Of a DNA stretch of 64,000 bases, positions 37,607 to 50,300 are shown in pieces. The translations under genes were made by a program, and so were the position numbers. The stretch comes from Eledone cirrhosa. Taxonomy: Eukaryota. A model generated the notes under the pieces. That model ran no database searches. It saw only the letters and a list, made by a program, of their open reading frames with translations, and was not told where the DNA came from. The number at the start of each line of letters is the position of its first letter. The first letter of the stretch is position 1. Where the stretch lies: contig OZ024746.1 of the NCBI GenBank assembly GCA_964016885.1, positions 95,480,001 through 95,544,000 on the forward strand, in the 5' to 3' direction.

Positions 37607-37681
37607 TATTCTCGGGTCTCGAATAATCATCCCCCACCTATTTATTAATTCCCCCACCCTATTATTTGGGACCCGAGAGTA
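37607..37681. mobile_element. Tiny TA-flanked MITE-like palindrome
   Basis: ta.tctcgggtctcgaataat ... attatttgggacccgagagta. Confidence 0.55.
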
Positions 37682-38850
37682 GCTGGAATATTCAGCGTTG
37701 AAACAAGCAAAGGTCCATTCTATCTTAATCCTATGCTTAATCTAAGGTGGCAAGTAGGTAAAGTCGTTAATTAGAAAGTCTTGAGCATTTGTTCCGTTTC
37801 TCTGCTCTCTGGGTTCAAATCCCACTACGGTCAACTTTGTCTTTCATCATTCCAAGATGGATAAATTAAGTACCAGTCCACTACTGGGGTCAGTTCCTCT
37901 TCAATACATCTCTCTTACTCTAGGAGAAATCAGCTATCTTCAGACCTGAACAGGGGTAGGCACCACCAGGTTTAAATGCCCAATACACACCATAAATCTT
38001 GATGGTGTCTTTACAATTCCATCAGGAGTTAAGGGGCCATGGATGGATGGATTGGCAGAATTTTTAAGGCATTACATGAGATGTTTTGTGGTATCTGAGA
38101 TAAAGAAGACAAAATCTTCTTATAAATTTTGAATACAAACTATTCTTGGTGAAGACTTATGTACATAAAGTGAAAGTTTCATTAGTTGGAAATAATTAGA
38201 AGTAGTATTAACACAGCATGATTCAGATTAAATGAAAAATGAAATTAAATTAACAGCTCACACCTATCATCATCGTCATAATTGTTTTTACATCTATTTT
38301 TCTCTGCTTGCATGGGTTGAACAAGTCCTTCTCAGCACAGCATCTCTCCACTTGTCGTTTTCCTTCCACATCTCCTATGCCAGTCTTAGCAATTTGAGTC
38401 TAGCTCTCACAACCTCTGCCCACGTCTTTCTTGGTCGTCCTCTACTGCAGCTTCTTTCCACTGGGATTTCCTGGCATTTCTTCACCCATCGGTCACAGTC
38501 CATCAGCCTCCTATGAGATTGTATCACTTTGGAGGTTTCTCAAGTGTTTTAATGATAGGGGGCCCCAGTCCTATCATAAAAAGCCACATGAAATAAAGCA
38601 TCTTGTTCAAGAACACAGCACTGCCCAAACCAGGAATGAAATCCACAAGCTTATAATCATGAGTTTAACAACTTAACCACTAGGTCACACCTTCAATATG
38701 ATTCAAAATAGAGTTTCAATATTCAATTTATATTTGACTTTTCTATGTAATATTGCTGGCTCACTTTTGTTGTTGTTGTTGTTTTTATAGTTTCACAAAA
38801 GAAATTGATATATATATATAGAGAAAAAGAGAAAATCAATAATTACTCAC

Positions 38851-38957
38851 CCATTTTCTGAACTACTAACAACATAAGGAAATCCATTTTGCTCACTACC
38901 AAATGATAAGCAAGAGATTGAAGCTGTGTGACCAAACAGCATGTGTCGAGGATATAT
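38851..38957 (-). CDS. WDR7: WDR7 coding exon 2, IYPRHMLFGHTASISCLSFGSEQNGFPYVVSSSEN(G)
   Basis: AG/GTGAG boundaries; 107 nt, phase 0 to 2; LFGHTASI WD40 motif as in WDR7. Confidence 0.93.
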
Positions 38958-39049
38958 CTGTAAAAAGAAATCATTAAATAATCAATGTCTTCACTACCAT
39001 TACATTCAATCTTCTTCCACTACCTTCCATTAGCATCCACTGCCATCCG

Positions 39050-39240
39050 CTATCTTCCACTACCACCCAATACCATTGTCTACCATCCACTATCTTCCAC
39101 TACCACCCAATACCATTGTCTACCATCCACCACCATTGTCTACCATCCACCACCATTGTCTACCATCCACCACCATTGTCTACCATCCACCACCATTGTC
39201 TACCATCCACCACCATTGTCTACCATCCACTACCACTACC
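39050..39240. repeat. 21-bp minisatellite (caccattgtctaccatccac-type)
   Basis: Direct tandem copies next to the WDR7 exon 2 acceptor. Confidence 0.9.
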
Positions 39241-40120
39241 ATCAATTTCACTACCATCCATATAGACATGGTAGCAATACACAACTTGTGTTCATGAGAG
39301 CCATTTTTATTCTATGCCTTATGTGGTTAATTAAATGAAATAAAATTTACAGCTAACTCCTCTGTAAGTTTAGCTAACCTTCTACAAGACTGCATCTCAC
39401 ATGAGATTGTAAGGGTATTTTAACCCATTAGCACATACATTACTCTATATTTACTATTGTATTTTCATGGTAAACACTTTACCTCACATAATTATCTCAC
39501 ATAATATTGAATCTATGAGATTTTGATATTATCTATTTTGAGATCAATACCTTATCATTAGTATGAGTGGCCGGCCAGTTATGGCCGGTTTGAACAGAAA
39601 GAGGTGAGAGAATTCTGGCTGGATACAGCCGGTTTAAATGCTGAAGAGTTAATGATAGGAGCCCCAGTGCTAACATGGAAAGCAACATGAATTGAAATGA
39701 CTTGCTCAAGAACGTGTAACTCTGTTGACAACAAAGGGCTTCTTCTCTCTCACAGTGAAGGGTAAATTGTATGATGCTTGTGTGCATTCTACGATGCTAC
39801 AGTGCAGTGAGAAAGAAATGAAGTGAATACGCTCCAGTGAATGTGGAATGTCAGTGTTATGAACTATGTACCAGAAGTGAGCTGAGAGAAAATCTAGGCA
39901 TAAGAGGAACTGGATGTAGCGTGAAAGAGAGAAGACTGCATTGGTATGGGCAGGTGATGCATAAGGAAGATGACAGACGTAAAGTGCAGAGAAATCTCAG
40001 TGGAAGAGATAGACCTAGGAAAACACAGGATGAAGTAATGAAGACCAGCCTTAAAAAGCTGAACCTCCCAGCAGAGATAATAAAGGACTCTCTGATCTCC
40101 AAACTACACACATATAATTG

Positions 40121-40209
<89 letters not shown>

Positions 40210-40259
40210 CGCGTGTGTATGTATATATATGTGTGTGTGTGTGTGTGTATGTATATATA

Positions 40260-40334
<75 letters not shown>

Positions 40335-40386
40335 AGCACATCCACAAGTCAAGTGAAAGGAAAAATAACTAAGTATAAAGCCTTAC

Positions 40387-40548
40387 CTGCCATAAGCGAG
40401 TGACCTCCCATATGACTATTTGACCATCATTACAACCAGTAACGATACTGTCTAATTGTGAGCTCATGGTAATAGCTGAAATACAGTGTGTGGGGGCATG
40501 ATGGCCCCACAGCACAATTGGAACAACTAAATTCCCTGTAGTTCCCAT
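40387..40548 (-). CDS. WDR7: WDR7 (rabconnectin-3 beta) first coding exon, MGTTGNLVVPIVLWGHHAPTHCISAITMSSQLDSIVTGCNDGQIVIWEVTRLWQ
   Basis: Hand translation resembles the WDR7 N-terminus as recalled (LVLPIVLWGRKAPTHCIS...IVTGCHDGQI). Acceptor ttttcag at 40559, ATG at 40548, donor GTAAGG at 40386; 162 nt, phase 0. Confidence 0.93.
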
Positions 40549-40697
40549 CGCAAAGCATCTGAAAAGAGAAGATAAAAGATATAATTTTAATTATCAAAAT
40601 AAATGTTAACAATCACAATAATGCATGGTCCTGTAACTCCCGAGAGAGTGGTAGGGGAACTCATATTGGCATACAGCATTTCTAGGGCATTTATTAA

Positions 40698-40918
40698 CCC
40701 TTTAGCATTTACATTACTCTATATTTACTATTATATTTTCATGGTAAAGGCTTTACCTCACATAAGTATCTTGCATAGTATTGAATCTATGAGATTTTGA
40801 TATTATCTATTTTGAGAACAATACCTTAACATCAGTATAAGCAGCTGGTTACTGCTGGTTTAAACAGAAAGAGGTGAGAGAATTCTAGATGGATACGGCT
40901 GGTTTAAATGCTAAAGGG
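40698..40918. mobile_element. Well-preserved piggyBac-like family-1 MITE, usable as reference for the 60-bp satellite
   Basis: TTAA|CCCTTTAGCATTTA ... TAAATGCTAAAGGG|TTAA, perfect 14-bp TIRs. Confidence 0.9.
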
Positions 40919-41464
40919 TTAAAACCTGGCGGAGCTCATCTCCTCTCCAGGTCTGAATACAGATAGAAAGAGTGAGAGAATGGAAGTGAGAAAGAGATAT
41001 AGAGGAAGAATGAACACCAATACTTGACTGGTACTTTTTTTTATCAACCTCGAATCACAATAATAAATAATAACAACGCCAATAACAAGCAAATTAAGGA
41101 TATTTTCAATGAAAAAGATAATGCTAATGATCATCAAAATAAATTTACAATGGTAGATTTCAGTGGTGCAGGATTGTGAAGAAGTAAGAGAAATGGTGGG
41201 TTACATAAAGAAACCACCATGATTTGAAGAAGAGGATTGATTGTCACACAAATTGGCTGTAATTTGTTGTATCTGTTCTGTTTGTTACTAGTTGTTCTAT
41301 CTCTTCTGAACAGTAGACAATAAGAGAAAAAGTATTATATATATAATAGAGTTTTGTAGCTTTCTTGAAGCATTGTTGAATAGGAAACACAAATTTAAAT
41401 TTTGAAAACCAAAACAATGTGTTATGAAGAATGTTAAATTGCCAAGATAACAAAAGAATCTTAC

Positions 41465-41640
41465 CTCAGCAAATTTAACGATGCCAAATATTTTGGGGTT
41501 TAAAAACCCATTATCAAGGGAGTAACCCTATGAGAGACTTAAAAATCGATCAGTTGTGTCTTCTCTCTTATTCTCCGTTTCTGGAAGAAATCGACTGTGT
41601 TCAATCATGTTGACGAGAAAAATCTACGAAGGTTTGAGCG
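41465..41640 (-). other. WDR7: Putative non-coding first (5' UTR) exon of WDR7; 5' boundary approximate
   Basis: Strong donor GAG|GTAAGA at 41464, 0.9 kb upstream of the ATG-bearing exon, which itself starts at an acceptor. Region is locally CpG-enriched. Confidence 0.5.
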
Positions 41641-42601
41641 AAAATCTAAGGCTATAGAAAAGAGCATCAGGAGCTTGGTATATAATGAGATAACCAAAAT
41701 GATACATTGTAGAATATACTGAAAGATGTGTGGAGGTGACAGTGACTCGTGGAATATGTTATAGGATATCAGTTATATACTTTGCGAAATACGTCTAATA
41801 AAATACATGGAACTCTTATAACCATCTTTATTTCATCTTTAATATAAATAAATAAATAAATATATATATATATAATATAATATATATATATAATATATAT
41901 ATATAATATATATATATAATATAATATATATAATATCATCATCATCATCACCGTTTTACGTCCGTTCTTCCACACTAGCATGGGTTAGACGGGTTGTCCT
42001 GTTGTGGGCAGTGTCTGGTCGGCTGACCATGCCTTGCTCATACAGGAACTGATTTGGCTTGATTTCTACAGCTGGGTGCTTTTTCGTGGCACCTACACGT
42101 CCACTTTACAGTGTGGGCTGGGTGCTTTTTTGCCGTGGCACCTCCATGACCACCTTGCGGTGGGGGGGGGGGGCATATTGTCTATATGCTTCAGCTTGTA
42201 CCCATGGGAGGTCGGGTACTCTGTATTACTGCGTTATGCCAGAGGTCACGGTCATGTGTCATTGCCTTTGAGAGGTGTAATTGGGTAAGGTCGGCTTTTA
42301 TCACCTCATCCCAGGTCATCTTGGGTCTCCCCACTCCGCGGTTTCCATCGACTTCTAGTGCTCTGCACCTTTTTATGCAGCTGTCATCCTTCATACGCAT
42401 TATATATATATAATATATATATATATAATATATATATATACTCTTTTACCTGTTTCAGCCATCCGGCTGAGGCCATGCTGGGGCACCGCCCTTGAGATAT
42501 ATATATTGGCCAATCATTTAATGGAGGCACATGGTTTAGTGGTTAGAGCCTTCCAATCGAAAGTTGTGAGTTCAATTCTCAGACCGGGTGATGTGTTGTT
42601 T

Positions 42602-42662
<61 letters not shown>

Positions 42663-43205
42663 CATTTCATTTCATTTTACGTCCGCTTTTTCCCTGCTTG
42701 CAAGGGTGGGACGGGAACTGATTCTGGCTTGATTTCTACAGCTGGATGCCTTTCCTAACACAAACCTCATTTACAGTGAGTGCTGGATGCTTTTTTTGCC
42801 GTGGCACCTCCATGACCACTTTGCAGTGGAATGATAGGGACCCCAGTCCTATCATCTCATTTCTACAGCTGAGTAAACTGGAGCAATGTGAAATAAAGTG
42901 TCTTGCTCAAGGAAACAACACATCACCCGGTCTGAGAATTGAACTCCCAACCTTTCGATTGCAAGGCCAATGCTCTAACCACTGCAAAGTGGTCGTTCCA
43001 CTGCAAAGTGGTCGTGGAGGTGCCAAGACAAAAAAAAGAAGCACCCAGCCCACAATGTAAAGTGGACGTGTAGGTGTCATGGAAAAAAAAGCCCCCAGCA
43101 CTCACTGGTGTTAGGAAGGGCATCCAACTGTAATCAAGCCGGAATCAGTTCCCGTCCCACCCTTGCAAGCAAGGAAAAGCGGACAGAAAATGATGATGAT
43201 GATGA

Positions 43206-43246
<41 letters not shown>

Positions 43247-46200
43247 TTCAAATCCTGCAGAAGTCAATTTTGGCTTTGTTTCATCATTTAGGGATGATAA
43301 AATAAGTACCCAATAATATTAATATACTAGAATCAACTCAACTGTTTATTCCTTGCTCTAATAATTAAAAAAAGTAATCAATATTCAATGGTAGGAATGT
43401 ATCAACTATTGCCACATCTCAATACAGAAAATTATATATCTTTCAGTTACAGAAGAAAGCTCAAACCGTTTGTTTGTTTTATCTTGGACTGTTTCAGCTC
43501 AACATCTGAAAAGAAGGTAATAACCCTGAAATATATTGCCATAATACACTGGGTAAAACTATTTTACTTTGTTTTGTTTTGTTTCATTTACCATCATTTA
43601 CCCTTTGTATTTTCTACTGCATTGTACCGGCTTTTAAAAAGACATCGGTCATTTAATATATATCTTTCATAATTATTAAGAACAAATTTGTTTTCATGCT
43701 GCTCCTGTTGTTTAGCCATAGGTTTGCCCTGATCAAACAGATCTATGATGAAAGATATGTATATATGTATGGACCTGTGGTTCATAATGGAGTTGTAAGG
43801 GTGCTGCAGTGACATGGTAAACCTGACATTTTAAACCTGATGGAGCCCCTCCCCGTCAACATGATTGAACACAGTCGATTTCTTCCAGAAATGGAGAATA
43901 AGAGAGAAGATACAACCGAAGGTGTTCCAGCTATAAACATCTCATCATATTTTAGAACAGTATAAAATGTGGAGGCGCGTGGCCTAGTGGTAAGGGTGTT
44001 GGACTTATGATCATGTTGTGGGTTCGGTTCTTGGGCTGGGTTGTGTGTTGTGTTCTTGAGCAAAACATTTAATTTCATGTTGCTCCAGTATACTCAGCTG
44101 AAAATGAGTACCAGTAATTGCTGGGGATTTAACCCTGTGATGGACTGGCATCCTGTCTAGGGGGAGAGTCTTGTATTCTCAGTCACTTTACACCATGAGA
44201 CCGGGATAAGCACAGGCCTAACAAGCCTTCAGGCTTAAGACAGCCTTTAGATAAAATGGTTAAAGTTAGGAAAGATATCTAACTATAGAAACTATGCCAA
44301 AGTCTGGATCACATAAGTGTGAAATGGACCTCTGGCACATCTAGGAGAAAAGTAACTCTAAACAAGGCCTGAATCGGTCCATGATAACCCATCTAACTCA
44401 TGCCAGGATGAAAAGCAGACATAAAATGATGATGATGCGTGTATCTAAACTATCTTACTAAGTGTGTCCTCCGATTTTCCACGAGTACAGGCCAAGACTG
44501 AAGCATATGTAGAGTATGACACCCACCCTCACACTGTAAAGTGGTCATGTAGGCAACAAAAAGCACCCAGTATTCACTGTAAATGAGATTGGTGTTAAGA
44601 AGGACATCCAGCTGTAGAAATCAAGCCAGAATCAGTCCTGTATGAGCATGACATGGTCACCTGACGTAGCATTGCCCTCAATGGGATAACTCGTCTAACC
44701 CATGCTAGGAGGGAAAAATGGACAAAAAACGGTGGTGGTGATGATGATTTTCTTGCTATTTCTAGCAGATGGAATTTTTCCTCACTAGGTCTGACCACAA
44801 ATAATATCTTCCAGAGAAAGATTGCTAGATAAACAGAAAGAGATAGGAAGAAGAAAAAGAATGGACCCCAATATTTTACTGACTCTGAAGGGATGAAAGA
44901 CAAAACTGACCTCACCAAGATATGTCAAAACATGGAAAAAAAGGGACACAAAATAAACAAAATCCATTTTTCTTACAGGACATAAATATAGACAAGAACA
45001 CACATGCAAGTGTACAAATACACTCATGCACACATACACATACACACAAACACACACATACAGCTTTTACAGTTTAATGTTATTGTAGAAAACACTTGCC
45101 CAAAATGCCACAGTGTGAATTAACCCAAAACACCTTATTCTCACAACCATGTCTGTGTCAATATAACAATTTTGTTTTTGTTGTTTAGCTCCAGGTCTTA
45201 TGTAAACAGTTCCCATTACAAGCATTGCATATTTTTTTCGTATGAGGGACTAGATTTTCTAATGTGTGCTTCCTTTTTTAAGGCATGATTTAAAGGAAAT
45301 ATGGTTGCTATGTCAGTGACATGACAAAAAGCGCCCAGCTTAGACTGTAAAGTGGTTGTGTAGGTATCGTGACAAAAAGCAGCCAGTACTCACTGTACAG
45401 TGGTTGTGTAGGTGTCGTGACAAAAAACACCCAGTACTCACTGTACAGTGGTTGTGTAGGTGTCGTGACAAAAAACACCCAGTACTCACTGTACAGTGGT
45501 TGTGTAGGTGTCACAACAAAAAGCAGCCAGTACTCACTGTAAAGTGTCATGTAGGTGTCACGACAAAAAAATCACCCAGCACTCACTGTAAAGTAGTTGT
45601 GTAGGTGTCACAACAAAAAACACCCAGTTTTCACTGTACAGTGGTTGTGTAGGTGTCACAACAAAAACACCCAGTACTCACTGTAAAGTAGTTGTGTAGG
45701 TGTCACAACAAAAAACACCCAGTTTTCACTGTACAGTGGTTGTGTAGGTGTCACAACAAAAACACCCAGTACTCACTGTAAAGTAGTTGTGTAGGTGTCA
45801 CAACAAAACCACCCAGTACTCACTGTACAGTGGTTGTGTAGGTGTCACAACAAAAACACCCAGTACTCACTGTAAAGTAGTTGTGTAGGTGTCACAACAA
45901 AAAAACACCCAGTACTCACTGTAAAGTGGTTGTGTAGGTGTCACAACAAAAAACACCCAGTTTTCACTGTAAATGAAGTTGGCACTAGGAAGGGCATCCA
46001 GCTGTAGAAACCATGCCAAAATTGGTTCTGGATGAGCATGACATTGACATGGTCACCTGACCATGACATTGCTCACAACAGGATAACTCGTCTAACCCAT
46101 GCCAGCACAGAAGAGTAAATGGCTTATATAAACAATGTACATATTAAGAGTGATTAATGATGCTGTTCAAATATATTCTGGCAATAGAAAGTTCTCAAAG

Positions 46201-46557
46201 AAAAAGGTCAATATGCATATGTATGTCGTAGATTCAATATTATGTGAGTTAATTATGTGAGGTAAAGCCTTTACTGTGATAATACAATAGTAAATATAGA
46301 TTAATGTAAATTCTAAAGGGTTTAAGAGGAATAAGATGTAATGTACAGGAGAGAAGACTGCCCTGGTATAGACATGTAATGGGTTGGATAATGATTATCA
46401 CGTGAAGAAGAGTAAAAACTTCCAAGTAGATAAGCTGCAGAAGAAAAAGACCAAGGAAGATAAGGGCAGTGATGTAAGTTGATCTTAGGATACTGAACTC
46501 CACAAACAAAATGACTAAGAAAAGTGAAGGATGCTGTATAAGAAAGAATGTCTAAGC

Positions 46558-46709
46558 CAGGCATGGACAACCTTTTTTGAGCAGTGGGCCAGATAGGATG
46601 TGGCGAGCCACACTACTAAAAAATTCAAGGCAATTTTGAAATTATGTCTGCCATTCAGAAAGCCAAATGAGATGCATGTGGCTCGGAGGCCGCAGTTTGC
46701 CCAAGACTG
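46558..46709. mobile_element. hAT-like MITE; copies ~48773-48938 and ~13967-14128
   Basis: 8-bp TSD GTCTAAGC/GTCTAGGC; termini CAGGCATGG.CAA / TTGCCCAAGACTG. Confidence 0.8.
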
Positions 46710-46974
46710 GTCTAGGCCATGCAAACATAGAAAAACAAACTAAATACTATGATAGTCATCTGGCTATTTATTACAACTTCTCGCAACAAACCGTACACAA
46801 TCAAAATTCTATTATCAATAAATAGGGTTGATGAGCTGATAAGATATAGGTTAAACATAGCATAGACAGTAGCATAGCAGGACAAACACAACTCTGGTTT
46901 ATAAAGCAAACAGATTTGTATAATAAGATCAATGTCATCATAACTTTAGAAATAAGTGAAAATATATTTCAACT

Positions 46975-47430
46975 TTCATAATTCGGTATTCATGCCAACC
47001 CTTGCCTATGGTCATGAATCTTGGGTAATGACTGAAAGAAGACGATTGCGAATACAAGCAGCTGAAATGGAGTTCTTCCAAAGTGTCTTCAGAGTAATGT
47101 TACTCGATGGAGTGCGTAGCTCAGAGATCAGAGTCACTCCGGGTAGAGCTGCTACTTCTCCAAATTGAGAGATCACAGCTCTGACATGTGGTTAGAATGT
47201 CTCAGGAAAGAATCACTGGACTAATTTTACGGGCAAAACCAACAGGAAGGAGACCCAGGAGTAGACCCTGAGCAAGATGGTTGGATAACATCCATGAACT
47301 TGGTTGGTCTCACGTGAGGATCCAACCAAATCAGTTGGAAATGGTTGCTTCTGATGGGACCCACTGGAAGAAGTGTTTGAGGACTCTGCCCCCATGACCC
47401 TCTCAGGAATAAGTGGGAGGAGGAGGAGGA
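46975..47430 (+). mobile_element. RTE (Expander/Rex3-like) LINE 3' fragment
   Basis: PTLAYGHESWVMTERRRLRIQAAEMEF...VRSSEIR. Confidence 0.85.
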
Positions 47431-49924
47431 GGAGGAGAAAGGATCAAGCAAGAAAAGGGAGAGGGGAGAAGGGACAGGCACACCTCTCGAGGCTTCCTCA
47501 TGTGACAACAAAAAGCACCCAGCCCACACTGTAAAGTGGTCGTGTAGGTGTCATGACAAAAAGCACCCAGCACACTGTAAATGTGGTTGGTGTTAGGAAG
47601 GGCTTCCAGCCATAGAAACCAAGCCACAGTTCTGTATGAGCAAGACTTGCCTCAAATGGGACAACCTCTCTAACCCATGTTATTGTGGAAAATATACGTT
47701 AAACAATGATCATGATGATGATGATGATCATCATCATCATCATCCTCATGATCATGATGATCATCATGATGTGTACAATTCATAGTTATTGCCATATTAC
47801 ATTCCAGTAGAAAAACTATGACATTATCCTGATTGATATTTTTCATTATAAACATGAAATTAGAAATCATAATGAAATCATTTCCGAGTTTATATTTTAG
47901 CTTAATTACAAATACAGACGAAAAGTATACAGCAATGAAACCATGAACAGCCATATACTATAATAAAACTACAGAAAATAGAAATCTCATTAAAATATAT
48001 GCATTTTTAAGATATGAAGAAACAAATTCAGATGGGAGGGGGTAGTAATAAACTATAGTTATATCCTACAGGTCATGTAAGATAACCAAAATATTTGATA
48101 TTTCTAATGCTCTATGGAATATGATATTTAACCCTTTAGCATTTATTATACTCTATATTTACTATTATATTTCCATGGTAAAGGCTTTATTTCACATAAT
48201 ATCGAATCTACGAGATTTTGATATTTATTTTGAGAACAACACCTTAACATAAGTATGAGTGGCAAGTAAAGGCTGGTTTGAACAGAAAGAGGAGAAAGAA
48301 TTCTGGCCAGACACGGTCGGTTTAAATGCTAAAGGGTTAAATTGCATATTTACTAAACTTTGTATAAAGATTATGCTAAGCCTGAGTAACATTGATGAGC
48401 TCTAACCACCACTGATATGAATAGAAACTACATAATGTGATGGCTGCAGTCTGATGATATCCATCACACCCATACCAGTAATTGAAGCAGGGTGGCTGCT
48501 GCTTGGTTGAGAGGACTAATGTGTGGTTTTAAAGGACATACTTTAAAGGACATATTGAAATTTCACTTAATTAATGACAAATTTTGAGGGATTTACTAAA
48601 ATTATTAATTATTTCATTACTAAGCTTAATGTAAAGTTCTTATATAAAATTATGTTAGAAGAAATGGAGAGCTTTATTTCTAGCAGAGTTGGTTCCTAAA
48701 GGGTAACTAAAGGGTGAACCTACCTGTGATTAGATGTTCAAATGAGGCCTGAAAATCCAAGAATGTCTAAGCCAGGCATGGGCTACCTTTTTTGAGCAGT
48801 GGGCCAGATAGGATGTGGTTCATCATAAGGCAGGCCACACTACTAAAAAATTCAAGGCAATTTTGAAATTAGTCATGCCATTCAGAAAGCCAAACGGGCC
48901 GCATGTGGCTCGCGGGCCGCAGTTTGCCCATGGCTGCTGTAAATAAAGCAGCAACTTGAGAAAAAGGAAGAGAAATGAACCTCTGTTAGTTTTGACAATG
49001 ACTGTTTCAGTTGTTCGATCAACGCAACATGGAATTAACATCTAAGTACATGAGTATCCCACAGACACGTGTATCCTTAATTTGATTCTCAGGGAGATTC
49101 ATCAATTACAGCTATAGTCCATGTAATGGGCTTCCAAACAATTTCCATCTACCCAATTTCACTCACAAGTGATGGGTTGACTTGAGACTATGGTAAATGA
49201 CACTTGCCCAAGATGCCGTGTCATAGGATGGAACCTGGGATCAAATGATAGCAATGCAAACTTCTTTACCCTTTAGTTACCAACCTATCCAAAACTGACT
49301 CTGGTTCTATGAAATAAAACCACCCATTTCAAAGGTTTCCAACATAATTTTATATTAGAACCTTACATTAACCCTTTAGCATTTAAACCAGCCAGAATTA
49401 TCTCACCTCTTTCTGTTCAAACCGGCTGTAACTGGCTTCTCATACTGATGTTAAGGTATTGTTCTCAAAATAAATAACATCAAAATATCATAGATTCGAT
49501 ATTATATGAGATGATTATGTGAGATAAAGCCCTTACCACAAAAATACAATAGTATATAGAGTAATGTAAATGCTAAAGGGTTAAGTTATTATCTTAATAA
49601 TAAAATAATTAATAATTTTAGTAAATCACTTAAAAATCTTCATTAATTAATTAAAATAGAGTGTATTTCAATAGAAATGTGGTTTCGGCCACCAAGAAAA
49701 GGAATATATTTTTGGATTGGTTAAAGAAATTAATGCTTTACATTTAGAAAAGAAGGATATTAAAGCAATGTGTGACAATATATTATTAATATGTGTATAT
49801 TTAATAGAAATTATATTTTTCTTATAATTATTCACACAATAGGAGTCCAAGTACCAATTATTCACTTTTATATATTAATATTTTGGCTTGGTTTTAATTT
49901 TATTTAAATATCAATATATATGGT

Positions 49925-50300
49925 GAAGGCGCATGGCTTAGTGGTTAGAGCATTGGGCTTGCAATCGAAAGGTTGGGAGTTCAATTCTCAGACCGGGTGA
50001 TGTGTTGTTTCCTTGAGCAAGACACTTTATTTCACATTCCTCCAGTTCACTCAGCTGTAGAAATGAGATGATAGGACTGGGGTCCCTATCATTCCACTGC
50101 AAAGTGGTCGTGGAGGTGCCACGGCAAAAAAGCACCCAGCCCACACTGTAAAGTGGACGTGTGGGCGCCACAAAAAAAAAAGCACCCAGCACTCACTGTA
50201 AATGAGGTTGGTGTTAGGAAGGGCATCCAGCTGTAGAAATCAAGCCAGAATCAGTTCCCGTATGAGCAAGACAAGGTCAGCCAACTGGACACTGCCCACA
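49925..50300 (+). mobile_element. tRNA-headed composite SINE with RTE-like 3' part; related heads at ~5838-6060, ~18105-18300, ~32880-33212(-), ~43970-44245, ~50730-51070(-)
   Basis: A box TGGCTTAGTGG, B box GAGTTCAATTC, central CCTTGAGCAAGACACTTTATTTCAC domain. Confidence 0.8.

Noticed and set aside
39857-40372. HT/YI/VC dipeptide ORFs here and elsewhere
   Set aside because: Translations of (CA)n and (TA)n microsatellites.
49925-50000. tRNA gene
   Set aside because: The A and B boxes continue into a SINE body found in many copies; there is no acceptor stem or terminator.
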